Assembly (NCBI GenBank): GCA_030704615.1
Contig: CM060731.1
Coordinates: 60,388,001-60,452,000 of the forward strand
Direction of reading: 5' to 3'
Length of the DNA: 64,000 nucleotides
DNA from: Takakia lepidozioides
Lineage: Eukaryota; Plantae; Bryophyta
This document shows, piece by piece, positions 12,352 to 24,878 of the stretch. The notes under the pieces were generated by a model. It ran no database searches. It was not told the origin of the DNA and saw only the letters and a list, made by a program, of their open reading frames with translations. Position numbers and translations under genes: made by a program. Each line of letters starts with the position of its first letter. The stretch's first letter is position 1.

Positions 12352-12486
12352 TGCATGTTGTGTGGGTCTGCTAAAGGGGCAGCCACCATGCTGGTGTGTG
12401 ATCGATGCTCTAGAGGTTGGCATATGGGATGCTTGACTCCACCTCTTGAGATGGTTCCGGATGGGGATTGGTTATGTCCACATTGC
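12352..12486 (+). other. PHD finger at the integrase C-terminus
   Basis: C4HC3 pattern CMLC...VCDRCSRGWHMGCLTPPLEMVPDGDWLCPHC. Confidence 0.9.
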
Positions 12487-12740
12487 ATTGGATAGTGGGA
12501 GTGGATACAACCATGGAAGGCTAACAAGAAACGCAAATGAGACCTTGAACACACGAGGTCCTGGCTCAAGTTCACAGATTGCAAGACGGCGACTAACGAT
12601 GGGGCTACTCTTGTACCCGGCCTCTTGGTCTATAGAGTTTGAGTGCAATAGGGGCAGTGATAGAGGACTTAGTACGGCTGTGGCTATTACATCTTGTAGC
12701 TATCTGGAGGTAGAGGGACCTACCCACCAGCTAGGGGGGC

Positions 12741-13274
12741 GATTGTGGCAGACTACTTTATTGTGCATATATGTGTGGTGTGGTTTGGACAGCGATGTAG
12801 TTGTGTAGCGATACGTATGCGCACAACAGCTGTCAAGTTAAATAAGCACAGTGTGAAAACGACTAGAATAAAGCTAGTTATTTGTACTTAACACTTGGAT
12901 TTAGGTCAAGTGTTAAGTCAGGTGTCAAGTTTAGTTTGACACTTGAACCGTCTTATCTTCACGAGAGCGGCAGTCGCGCAGCTCATCTCTCTCGAGTTGA
13001 GCCTACGCGACCGAACTCCTTCATGCGTTTAGATCTGAGTGTGCTTATGATGGGAGTGTAGGTTGTTGTGGGGTGGAGTCCCCATAGCTTGGGGTGCCCC
13101 TGGCTCGACTTCTATTTTTAAAGAGTGATAGCGATGGATTTCATATTTCTTGTGTTGAGAGTGTGTGTCCTTTAGCTTTTCTTATCGATTGTGGCAGACT
13201 ACTTTATTGTGCATATATGTGTGGTGTGGTTTGGACAGCGATGTAGTTGTGTAGCGATACGTATGTGCACGACA
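12741..13274 (+). repeat. 3' LTR (12741-13186) followed by a repeat of its first 88 bp (13187-13274)
   Basis: Follows PPT AGGGGGG; 13187-13274 = 12741-12828, with homology ending exactly at CA. Confidence 0.9.
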
Positions 13275-13905
13275 ACAACAATTGAGGAAATCTACCTCCC
13301 CAAAAATTCACATACAAAACACCCCCACAAGTTTCTAGGTCTTTCACTCTGAAATTTTCAGAGAACGCCTTCTATGTGCCTCTAATTGTGAATCTGGAGG
13401 CCATTCGGCCAAGAGAAATATGGATATTGGAAAACTCCATGGTCAAACCATTTTTTATCATATAATTTTCATTTGGGTTCCAATTTGTATCATTTCTTTT
13501 GTTATGATCTCCCATTTGCAATGTTCAAACCTGCCCAAATTTTGTGATGGTGTTCATGTCGTCAGTAGCGATGAGGTTGTAAGTTCATCCAAGTGGGTGG
13601 ATGGGGGTAGGAAGATATAGCTAGTTCAGTCAAGTTATATACCGTTTTTGTGCAAAAGTGGAAAAAGTTAGCTCGTCCTTTAAGGGTTAATGCGTACTGC
13701 CATTTCTGATTTCCCCCGTTTTAGTTCTACATATGGCTTGCACCGGTGATCACCACCTCATGTAGATGAGTATTTTTCTACCCGATCTTGAGCTCTCCGA
13801 TCTCAAGAGCTCTAGTTGTCATTATAAGTACTAGTCCAAAAAATTCTTGTTCATCTACCTTGTGCGTGAAATCACAATTGTATGATTTTTGATAGCAAAT
13901 CAAAG

Positions 13906-14519
13906 ATGGGCCAAGCTTATCATCATGTAGGGTTGCAGCTCATCCTAATAATTGCAATGACATTCTTCACCCTTCTAGCGCTTGTAACATGCTACGGGAG
14001 TTATTTGCATGTCGGAGAAATCCTCCATCCAAGAGACTACATACCCGTGAATCCGGGTTTCAGCATAATCAATACTCAGCTTGGATGGGTACAAACTATC
14101 AATTTCATTTCATTAATGAGATGAACTTTGTGTGGTCAAGTACTCAAACGAACCTGAACAAGTGTTATGTGACCCTCCAATCTGATGGAAATTTGGTGAT
14201 CTACCATGAATACACACCGGTGTGGGCTACAAGTACTAATAATGTATATCCATGCAACGATTATGGAGGATATTACGAATTGCAATTTTGGGGACAAACA
14301 GGAACAATCCTTGCTCTGGTTTGCCACTTTCCAGGTTTATTTGGAATTCCATTTTTCGATTCATATGTAGTCTATGGGCTACTAACCAGGTCGCCAACTA
14401 GTTTAAAAGCCTTCCCAATTGATATAAGCATCTTTGGATTACTGGTACACATCATAAACTTCTACACTCACCATCTGATGGAGGAGCTTTGTTGGTTATT
14501 CAAATTACTCGACGGCTGA
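13906..14519 (+). pseudogene. Secreted bulb-type (GNA/B-) lectin-like gene, frameshifted
   Basis: Hydrophobic N-terminus in one frame; VWSS...LQSDGNLVIY...VWAT (QxDxNxVxY) in the next frame; shift near 14090-14100. Confidence 0.7.
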
Positions 14520-15139
14520 GGCATTGCCTCTTATTAGCTCATATGCAGGGGTCTATGCTTTCATATTAAGAATCTGAAACCAGCTTGTTAGTCTATTGTT
14601 TCATGAGCTTGCAGATATGGATGTGGGCAAAGGGAACCTATTGCGTATGGCGTCTTGATCTGGCCGCTCTCTGCAGTCCCGATTTCGGCCCGCTTGTTCT
14701 TGGTTTGGCATGCTGATGCTTACTTTTGACTTATGTTTTGCTGCCTTTGATGGAGCATTTCGGCCTGGCAAGCCTGTCTCTTGAAGCCCAACATCTGGAC
14801 CTTACCTTGTCTTGTAATCTTTGATAGCGGTGCCTATGGATTATTAAGCTAGGTTCTGTTTTGGCCTTAAAAAAGAGGTGAGTTTTATGGGTAAGGCCTC
14901 AGTGGCTGTCAGGTTCTAAGGAAGAGGAGGCCCTGATTCTTAAGATGGCAGCCTGATAAGGCACTGACAGGCCTCTTTCAGACTTGAATCTGGTATGGAA
15001 TGAAGCATAGTGAGGTTTATTTCTAAACCCTGGCATAAGGCTCCTGGAAAACAGTGTTGGTAAGCTCTACTGGACCTTTGCCAATATTAGCCTTGTATTG
15101 TCATCAGTCCAGTTGCATCAATGTATGGATTATTTTTTG

Positions 15140-15860
15140 GCCAAGAGGGCTTGGTCCCGGGCACTCAAGATATTTGTGTGTCCATATCTTGAATCTGTAT
15201 ATGGCAGGCCGTTCTTCCATTCCCAAGATGACTTGCATGATTCATGTCTTGGGGCAATTATGAATGGTATAGAATGAGGCTGCAATTTGTCTTGTCATGC
15301 CCAAGAGGGTTACTTGGTGGCATGTTTGGAAACTGAAAAACTGCAGGCTGGTCCATCAAGATGCTTGTGTATACATGTCTTGAATTTGTAGTATGCCAGA
15401 CTGTTCTTACCTATCCAAGGGGCCTTGCATGATGCATGTGTTGGGGTAATTACAAATGGTAAAGAATGAGGCTGCAATATGCTTTGTCATGCCCAAGAGG
15501 GTTACTTGGTTGCATGCTTGGAATTTGCCCAAACTGTAGGCTAGTCCATCAAGATGCTTGTGTGTACATATCTTGAATTTGTAATATAGGTTATTCTTAC
15601 TTGCCCAAGATGCCTTGCTTGTCTTGAGGTAATACTGATAAGGTAGTTGCAAATTATTTTGTCATACCCAAGATGTTTGCTTGAAGGGCATGTCTTGAAT
15701 ATGTAATATTGCAGGTTGGCTTCACATAAACAAGATGTTTTGCTCTAGAATGCATGTCTTGTTGTAATTATGATGCCAGGAAAGGGTATGACAGGCTGCA
15801 ACAATCTGATTTTTCAATACACAAGATGTTTGCTTATATGCTTGTCTTGTTGTCATGACC
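15140..15860. repeat. Degenerate tandem repeat (about 190 bp period with CAAGATG subunits)
   Basis: GAATGAGGCTGCAAT...TGTCATGCCCAAGAGGGTTACTTGGT at about 15272 and 15464; recurring CAAGATG and TGTCTTG. Confidence 0.7.
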
Positions 15861-16429
15861 TGTACATAAACAAACCCCGCCCTCCCACTCTGTTTTATCA
15901 TGAATGATTGGGTGAAATCAATTGGGAAGTCATGACTAGAATGGAAGTGTTGGATGGTGCCCTGTTATGGGTTATTTATGTCTTTAATGGACCATGACCC
16001 TAGTAGGATCTTGTCCATGTCTTGACATGACATGAATATCTTCCCACTCTTCATTTTCCAGTGTACTTGGTGGTTCTTGTACACACCATCTACCACTTTC
16101 CTTTCTGGTTATTTCTTCATCATGTTAATATACTAACATGGTTTTTTTCTGGCCTGGCAGAAGGTCCCTCCATGACAAAGATATGGAGCAATGACCTTCA
16201 TAAGGTATGTCCTCCAGCAAAAACTTGTTGGTGAAATTAAGCACGGAGGTCTTTAAGATAAGCATAGTGCTTTTGAGTGTTGTCTTCATACTGATATATT
16301 GAGCTAGGCCCAGGTAAAACCAACTGCAGGAGTATGTGTACACATTCTACATGATCCGGTCAATGCACACTATTCGTGTTAGATGGTATCCTATAGCTGA
16401 TGCCTTGTATTAGTTTTAGACACTCTTAG

Positions 16430-17952
16430 GCTCATATGCTTTCATACCTCTGACAAGTGACATTATCTTTATGTCTCCCACTCCTGCCACCCAGATTAGG
16501 CAATCGTTGGCCACTCTTACTCCCCATTGCCCTAGCTGTATTTTCCTCATTGTATGAAACCAATGTTTCTTATCAATCATATGCTGAGTAGCTACAGTGT
16601 CTGCATACCATGCTTCCTCATTGTTGATATAAGCATATGAGACTTCACTGATAATTCTTTCATTCTCAATTGTCTTGCCATGAGATTCTTGACGATCTCA
16701 TCTATAGTTACAAAGGGATCGCCCTCAACTATATGTGCCGGACTCTTTCCACTCCGGTTATCTTCTGATTTCTTGGGATATGGACACTCCCTTGACCAAT
16801 GTCCAAGCCTACCACAGTTATGACAAGAAGTTCTCTTCTTGAGATCAAGAAATCTTTGAGCTCTCTCTGCTCTTTGTTCTGCTGACAATTCTCTTTTCTG
16901 ACCAGCTACCCCCACTTGTTCATCCTGCAAAAGAACGCTTTATCTCCTTCAACATCAGTCAACCTGCTCTTTAGTTTCATTGATGACTCTCGCTTTAAGA
17001 GCCTTGCCTGAAAAGCCTTGAAGGTTTGCTCTGCTTGGGGTACAATATCCCACGCTAGTAAGAAAGGCTCATAACTTGGAGGGAGGCCTACCTTAATTTT
17101 CATCATCAATTGTCTCTCACTTACTACTTCACCAAGATCGCACAACTGACGTCTAAGAGCAGATATAGTACTCACAAACGTAATAATAGAATCGCTCTCT
17201 TTCATTTAGCATCTAAAAAATTTCTCATGCAGATGAGTTATATTCTCTTCTGCTGACTGCTCATGCACACTCTTGAGCATGTTCCACATTTCTGCTGACG
17301 TGGTGCAATTCAACAAATTGCTCCATGTGATGTTTGTCTACTGCACTCAATAACAACATCACCACTCAGCAATCTTTGCTATGCCAGGCTTCTTGATCTG
17401 CAGCGTCACTCATTGTTTCCTTGCCATTCACAATATTCCACAACCCCTTACCCTTGAGTATAAATCCCATCTGAAATTTCCATAAATGGAAACTCTCTCC
17501 CGTGAACTTTTCTATCCCTAGCGTCTCTCAATCTCGGTTCTCACTAGTACTCATCTTTGCTAGACTTTAATAACGCAACACTAAAGCTGTGTGTGGGCCC
17601 ATAACCTATTGAAGATCTAAAACTGGGAGATAGTGAAAAGTGCACGATCACATCGTGACAGGTTCAAAAGACTCAATGAAGGAGATCGATAGCAAACACA
17701 ATACAGTGTATGTCACACACATACTGTCAAAGAGAAGAAGAAACACGGCCTGTCATCTGCATCTAAATACAGGCAGAGAGCGGGAGATCTAACCAACTAC
17801 AAATTCAAAATGCTATTGCTTAGAGACTGCTACCTGTGTGACAGTTCGATGGATTGCACTGTCACCTGTCACTACTAGGTCTCTACTTCGTGTCACTACT
17901 TGGTGGACTGCCACCTGTGACTATGACTAATCTACAGTAATCTATTTCAACA
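16430..17952 (-). mobile_element. Ty1/Copia 5' fragment (LTR, PBS, gag, start of protease)
   Basis: LTR 17607-17952 with TGTTGAA/TTCAATA ends; PBS GGTTATGGGCCC 17595-17606; gag ATG 17554, GLPPSYEPF, CHNCGRLGHWSREC; many stops. Confidence 0.88.
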
Positions 17953-18789
17953 GCCTATGGAGCCCGGACTGGAACAGCGAACCAGCCCAACAAAGAAGAA
18001 CGTAACCGCTAAACCTTCAGAGCTGGTCTTTACGGACACCTGCAAGTGACAAGAACTTGGGCAAGCTGGTGGTTTCATGAAGCTAGGGATTTTGTGAAGG
18101 AGGGGCGACAGTGCGCGACAAGGGAAGAGTGGTTGTAGCGCGGGCTTATGGAGCAGGCCTGAATTGAGGAGAATGCACAGATGATTTGAAGAGAAGGCCT
18201 GAGATCTGAACAGGATGTGTGATATGTGCAGAGAGGAGATGAGAATATATATAGCATGGTGTGGCGGTTGGGTGGACCGGAAGAGTAATCTGGTACTGTG
18301 CTGTCAGGAATAGATAAGGTAGAGATGAGCGGTGGGTTTTCTTGCTGACTGAAATCAGAACATGATGCCTTCTCTACCTAGAGTGTACAAGTTGTGAATA
18401 GAGTTCCAGTAAGGCAGGTTCATACTGGGTTTGAACTGACCTGGATCCCTGTGATAGTGAGCAGAGGAGTGTCTTACACTGGCGTTGATTTTCCCTGTTG
18501 AATGTAATCAAGTGAACGCTCCTTCCTTTGAGCTTTTGGAATGATATCAACTGTATGTGACTTCATGATATAAAACTGAGAACTGGTTGGATAGAACTGG
18601 TGCTATTGTTGAGAACTGGACAGAACATGTAGAAGTGCTACAGTTGAAATAAAGACAGAGCTGTGATATATGGTGTGGTTGTTGTAGTCAATTGCTTCAT
18701 TTAGGATGCTAGACTGTTATTTTGGTGCAGCTTGTTGCTGAGTCAAGGTCTTTTTTTGAGGTGAAACTTCTTAGTAGATCATGCCATCT

Positions 18790-20830
18790 GACAAGTTGTT
18801 GGGTTAACCACTCAATTTTTTCGTTGTGATTTCCCGTCAAGAGCAAGTCATCCACGTATATAATTAGACTAGTCAGCCTATCTCCTTCTCACATTTAGTA
18901 GAGATTATGGTATGCATTACTTCTCTTGAGGCCTTGCTCCCTCATAAATTTATCTATTTCTTCATACCACGCTCTCGGTGCTTGTTTCAGTCCATATAGG
19001 GCTTTAGCAAGCTTGCAGACCTTCCCTTCTTGCCCACGAACCTCAAAGCCTTGGGCTGCAACATGTAGACCTCCTCCTTGAGGCTTCCATTGAGAAAAGC
19101 CGTCTTGACATCAAGGTGCGACAATTTCCAATTATTTTTCGCGGCAAGAGCAATCAATGTCCTTAGTGTGCCCCATTTCACCACTGGGGCAAACGTCTCT
19201 TCATAATCAATTCCCTCCCGTTGCTCATAGCCGCAAGCAACAAGTCTGGCCTTATGCTGGAGATGACCTCCATCTGCACCTTTTTTCTCCTTAAACACTC
19301 ACTTGGAAGAAATTGGACGTTTTCCTGGAGGCAAATCAACAAGCTCCCACGTACTGTTTTCTTGTATAGAGTCCATCTCCTCTTACATGGTTTTTCTCCA
19401 AATTGAATGGAGCACTGCCTGCTCAAAAGAGGTAGGTTCATTTGCATTTTCCAACACAACAACGTAATCCTCTAGTCTTCGTGGTATTCTTTGTTCCCGC
19501 ACATGCAACATTCGAATTTGAGGAGCAAGTGGAGCAGGTGGCTGATCAAGCAAGATAGCTTCACTAGCTTCACTTGACGTGTTTCCAAAAAGAGACGTCT
19601 CGGAGAGTGTATAAGGTGACTTGGAATCAGTTGAGAAGTCTGGCAAGAAGGTACTTGACGTCTCTGACGAGGATTGCAAAGAATCATGAGATTGAGAGGG
19701 TGCAGGAATAGCTGGTAGATTAGGAGGAGCACTGGGTCTTTGATCAACTTCTTGGAATATGAGGGCGGTTGTGTCATGATTGCATGATGCTCTTTTGGTT
19801 AGGTGCAAAGCTAGCTTGAGACTCGTCGAACTTAACATCCCTCGATACAAGTATACGTCTAGATTGAGGATGATAGCACGGAAAACCTTTAGACTCCTGA
19901 TCGTATCCTATGAAGTCACGAATGTCACAACTGGGTGACTTGGAGCTATATCTACGCATAGAATTCAAGTACTTCTCGAATGGGGTTTTTCTGACGCAGA
20001 GAGGGTATATCCAAGCCATGCTCAAGGAGCTAGGTCTTAGTGAATGCAACACAAGCCCAACTCCCATGGTTGAGAACTTGAAGTTAATTGCTGACATGGG
20101 AGAGGAGCGAGCAGATGAGCTTTTGTATCAAAAAATGGTCGGAAAGTTGATCTATTTAACAAATACATGGCCAGACATTTGTTACGCTGTAGGGGGTGGT
20201 AAGTAGATTTATGTCAGCACCTCAAAAGTCTCACATGGAGGCAGTCAAAAGGATATTCCGCTACCTAAAGGGAACTATGGATTTTGGATTGATGTTTTAT
20301 GCGGAAGGAGGAACATGTTTGGACGGGTTTGTGGACGCAGATTGGGCAGGTGATCGAGAAACAAGACAATCCACCTCTGGTTTTGTGTTCCGACTTGGGG
20401 AATCACCTGTAACATGGTCGAACAAGAGACAACCATCAGTATCTTTGTCCTCAACTGAAGCGGAGTATCGAGCCATAACTGAAGGTACCAAAGAATCGAT
20501 GTGGTTGCAGACTCTTACTCAGGAACTTGGCTTCCTCATTGGTAAGGCAACTCAACTTTCGTGTGATAATTCCATTGCTATCAAAATGGAGAACAACCTA
20601 GTGTTTCACGTGCGTACTAAGCACATAGAGGTGCATTACCACTTCGTTAGAGAGAAAATACTAAAAAGAGAAGTAAACTTAGACCATGTTGCATGAGAGA
20701 GTCAACTTGCTGACATATTCACAAAACCATTAGGGAAACAAAAGTTTGTCCATTTCAGAGATGCTCTAGGATTAGTCAGCCTACAACAAGTAATCAACCA
20801 ACAAAAGACTTGCTCTACTCGTGACTGCTA
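18790..20830. mobile_element. Ty1/Copia pol fragment with an inverted 5' part
   Basis: Minus strand 19915-18790: FIGYDQ, KARLVA, ETFAPV, LDVKTAFL, YVDDLL. Plus strand 19915-20830: MSQLGDL, DADWAGD, SSTEAEY, TKHIEV. Confidence 0.9.
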
Positions 20831-20913
20831 ACTAGTAGATCTTTCTTGTCTGGATCAGAAATAGGATAGGGTATTTAAGTATAACCAGTAGAACAGTATG
20901 CTCCTGTAGGATA

Positions 20914-22784
20914 GTACACAGATTCTATAAAAAATGGCAAAAGATAGTAGTCGGACAATAATTCTAAGTATCCAACAACCCAGCTTTCGAATTCTAGAAA
21001 CAATCAACACTATTTTGGTGCTTGTTGTTGGCAAAGTCATTTATAATGGGCCACGAGCAGCCATGACTGAGTACTTCATGGAGCTAGGCTAGCACATTCC
21101 TGGTCAGCCTGATTGTTATAAGGTAAAAGTTGTTTGCAATAATATAATATTTCAATGTTAACAAGCTTTTACGTGCAATGCTTATAAGATTCACTGACTG
21201 TAATAACATGTTACACATTTGAAGTGTTTTATAGTCTCAATCTGGTGAAGCAAAAGAATACTATGTCCATGCCAATCTCCAATAAGATCATTGAAATAAA
21301 AATCTCTTATTAGTAACGTGAGGACAGAAAGGTCACCATTTTTTCACAACTACTATTTCATAGTATGATAACTATTTTGTAACTCACCATACTAGGTTAA
21401 GACAGGGTTAATCGAGGAAAGAGTTGAAGAACTAAGAAACACAAACATCTTGATCTATAAGTATTAGTAATTGAACAACATGACGAATCTAACATTCATC
21501 AACATCCATTCAATTCAATCGAGGTTCACATTTAACAAGGTTTTGGTCAGGGTGCAGATGAATGCGGCGGAATATACACTAGACAGTCGAGAATTTTCGA
21601 GCTCAGCCACAAGGGCTTCAACCCCTCATTGATTATATTTTCCTTTCATTTAACTAAGGGGCTTGAGCTACAATATCAACACTCTTCTCTTTGACATTAG
21701 ATAATCATGAATATCTTTTACGTCACAACAATTTGTAATTTCATATGGAAGAAAATTGTTTAATGTCATCTTTTGTTGAGGAGGTGATCTGCAGAAACTA
21801 GAAGACTGAGGTGCAAAATATTACATAATGCTACAAAGATAGATATTATGCTAGGGTCGCAAAAGAGTTTCCAAGTTGATTGAACTGATTGTGTAGCAGA
21901 CGATGTAAAGGAAGTTCGAAATTTCAATGTCACCCATGACAAGGAAAAAGGTTGATTGGATATGATTGTCCTGACTACGCTACCTCTTTTATATCGGAGG
22001 TCCATGTGTTGTTGGATTGGAGCTTCATCAATATCTTTCGAACAAAAGAGCTCTTCTTGTCCCGCCTAGGGATTATGGTACATCATGATTTCAAATTTTG
22101 CATAGTTTCATCGTTATAGCTCATAACAAAAGGAATAAATACGTCGGTCAGAACTGTCTTTGTCGGTTTGGGCCTTGGCCTCCCCTACTTCCATTCTTTT
22201 CTCTCTCACAATGATTGACAAACTCGTGCCGCTATGCTAGATCAGTCCATTGACAAACCAACAATGAATATCTAGCTTATTTGACATTGCTACAACTTCT
22301 ACATGTGTGTTATTTTTGGTGTAAGAAAATGAAAGAAGTAGACCCGGGAAGTAATTAATATTTGAGGGGTCGTCATTGTGGGCTGATCAGATTTTGGCAG
22401 GGGTCACGGTGGGCACAGTGTTTCTCCATGCACCGTACAATTTGCAAGGGATTCCAGTGCAAAAATGTCATACACAAAGTCATGATACTTAAATCTGCAA
22501 AGAATGATGTGATTACTTAGTTTAAAAAAAAAGCATCAATTCAAGCAAACCTTCAACAGAAGTGTGGTCTATGTTTGCTTTTGGTCTAGCTATCCTCATT
22601 TTCAACAGAGGCTCTACCAATCCTTTTTGATGAGCGTCAGATTTTGATTCGGGAAACCTCTCGAGGATACATTGGTGGGTTGCAGCCATGGCACAACATT
22701 GTGATCATGCTTGCATTTGTTGTGGGTTATCGTACTCTTTCTTATGTGGCATTGCGCTTTCACACCAAAAGCATTAGGAGGTAA
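20914..22784 (+). pseudogene. ABCG half-transporter pseudogene (fragmented, internally deleted)
   Basis: RTIILSIQQPSFRIL...YFMELG (20.95-21.1 kb); YATSFISEV...NIFRTKELF (22.0 kb); TEALPILFDERQILIRETSRG and WHNIVIMLAFVVGYRTLSYVALR (22.6-22.78 kb). Confidence 0.8.
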
Positions 22785-23831
22785 GTTGTATATTTCTATC
22801 GGATGAGGCCCCACAAAACTCGCTCTTTCCCATTATTGGGTTGACGTCAAGATCATATAGCACCACACTTTGAGAAGATGATGGGCCATCACCGATGGAT
22901 GAGCAATGTTTAGTGGTAGACAAGAGCATGCGAGCTAGCGGGATGAAGTTGCCTTGCCATGATTTGAGAGGTTTAGTTGTATATGTAGGGTGAAAAAACT
23001 AAGCAACGTGCTTCATTGGTTTGAGCCCTTTGGCCTCGAGGGCAGAGCCTGAGGGTGGTTCTTTACCTAAAATAAAGATTTTCTTAAAAAAAGAACGAGG
23101 TAACATTTTGTGTACGTTTCTGCAAGCCACCTTGACCTGTGATGCCCTAAACTTTCCTCATCACAGATTTACCTTATTAATCCAAAGGGGCGATACTCAT
23201 TCGTAGTATAAATTTTTGGCTTAAAATACCATTGAACCGTTACAAAGATATCATAGCCAGGGTTAGTTGTGGCTGGTGGCTGCATCATGGCCGTTCAATA
23301 GATCTAGGGTTTTGATGTGGCGTCGGAGGCTCAGCCTGACACACCTCGCCACGCGTCAGGAAGGCATGCAGCTAGGGTTTGTATAAAGTGGCGGCTTGAC
23401 CTTGTGTCAGCTGATGTACTCTGGTGTATGTAGATGTGGAAAGCTGTCTGAATGCGATACGTGTGTATGACTTTCTGTCGGTTCGCTCGTTGAGATCCTC
23501 CTCTCGCGTGCATGCATGCTCCTCTTGTTCTCCCCCCGTTGTTTTGAAGAGCACTTGAGAGGATAGGCAGATATTCGTCCTGCTTCTTTTGTGGTGGAGG
23601 TCCGCTGGGTGTTTTCCTTGATCATTTAAACGGCGTGCTTAGGTTAAGATTAAGAGCTCCTCGGTGTCTTATAAAGATGGCGGCAACCCGCCACCCTACA
23701 GTGTATTTGCTTAGTGTTGAGTTCTCTCCATGCTTGCTCGTTAATCTTGCTTATGTTTCAGACTATGACGTCTCATGTGTCGATTACTAGAAGTGTTGTT
23801 AATCGTGAAGGAGAGCGCTCGCATGTAGAGC

Positions 23832-24878
23832 TTGATCTGGTCATTTCACTTTCTGCTTCATCTGCTAACCCTCCTTCTTCCAGCACGCCGCTTGGCACTC
23901 TTGCCTTGCCGGTGTTGCCGGTGCATGGAGATAATCAACACAGGTCTTGTTGTCCGCTTGAATTCACCTAGTCCTAGTGAAGAAGCTAATCTAGCTGCAG
24001 CCGAAGCTTGTTCGCCAAGCACTACGAGGTCCGGTTCACTGGATAGCTGTGATCCAGAGTATTACAATTTTGATAACTATCATGATCCAGGGCCCGATTA
24101 CGTCTGTCTCAGAGAGCAGGAGCGAGAATTTGAGAGGGACATAACTCGTTCACAGGAGTATGATGCGACAGTGTGTAACTTACTTTCTGTTGATCAATTA
24201 TGGTTTGACAAGATAGAGATTGCGGTGCAACGGGACATATCTTACTTCACTGAGAGTCGAGTTTCGGCGCCCAGACGACCTGACTTTGACCCAGCGGTGA
24301 TCATTGCGGACTCTCTCTCTGCGACAAGACAAGTTGCGGCTTCGAGGAACGCTGCTCGTCTGTCTCGTGATGTGGTCAAGTCTCGTTTCTTGAATCATCA
24401 GGCTCTGTCGTGGAAAGAACTGGGGCTTCATCTTCCTTTATCTATTGAACGTGTTCACCGTGATTGGCTGGTTTCCTATTTTGTCGAGCCATCTTGGCTG
24501 TCATTAGCTCTCCGAGGTACGGGCTCTCTCGTCCTACGTCTTCTTCGTTTTCATCACAAGCCCATCAAGGGTCTGCCACCGTCAATCGACCTACTTCAAG
24601 GACTGTCGTCGGATAGTCTGTTTGGCCGAGCTTCCGACATTGTCATTTTGCCAGGGACTTTATTTGAAGATCAACGGCTTGTCAGACCTGAGATGCTTGA
24701 AAATCTTGATCGCTTTCCTGTTGATTCAGTGCTATCTCGCATTTGGGAGAAGGAGAACTCTACCTGTGTGTCCTTTTGGGTTAAGACCACGAGCATGTGG
24801 AAATGGTGGGCGCTCTCCATGCACGATTTTGACTCTCACGACATCACCAAGGTGATCTCCTGTTCGACCTGGCCTTGA
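23832..24878 (+). CDS. ORF0 of the non-autonomous element, unknown function
   Basis: 348-codon ORF between LTR and gag; C-terminal VSFWVKTTSMW motif shared with 3890-4675; true start uncertain. Confidence 0.6.
   Translation: MIWSFHFLLHLLTLLLPARRLALLPCRCCRCMEIINTGLVVRLNSPSPSEEANLAAAEACSPSTTRSGSLDSCDPEYYNFDNYHDPGPDYVCLREQEREFERDITRSQEYDATVCNLLSVDQLWFDKIEIAVQRDISYFTESRVSAPRRPDFDPAVIIADSLSATRQVAASRNAARLSRDVVKSRFLNHQALSWKELGLHLPLSIERVHRDWLVSYFVEPSWLSLALRGTGSLVLRLLRFHHKPIKGLPPSIDLLQGLSSDSLFGRASDIVILPGTLFEDQRLVRPEMLENLDRFPVDSVLSRIWEKENSTCVSFWVKTTSMWKWWALSMHDFDSHDITKVISCSTWP

Larger units (their letters stand above)
6750..12495 (+). pseudogene. pol: Pol polyprotein PR-DNMT-RT-RNaseH-IN-PHD (frameshifts and stops)
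   Basis: LLDSGA at 7422; YIDD at 10060; RNase H LHTDWS...TDH; IN HHCC plus D-D-E; 8329-12495 is one frame with 7 internal stops. Confidence 0.92.
1..13274 (+). mobile_element. Ty3/Gypsy LTR retrotransposon carrying a DNMT3-type C5-methyltransferase and a PHD finger; left end lies upstream of the window; decayed copy
   Basis: Direct repeats 1-272 = 12915-13186; gag with CCHC knuckles, protease DSG, RT YIDD, RNase H and integrase in Gypsy order; PPT at 12733-12739. Confidence 0.95.
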
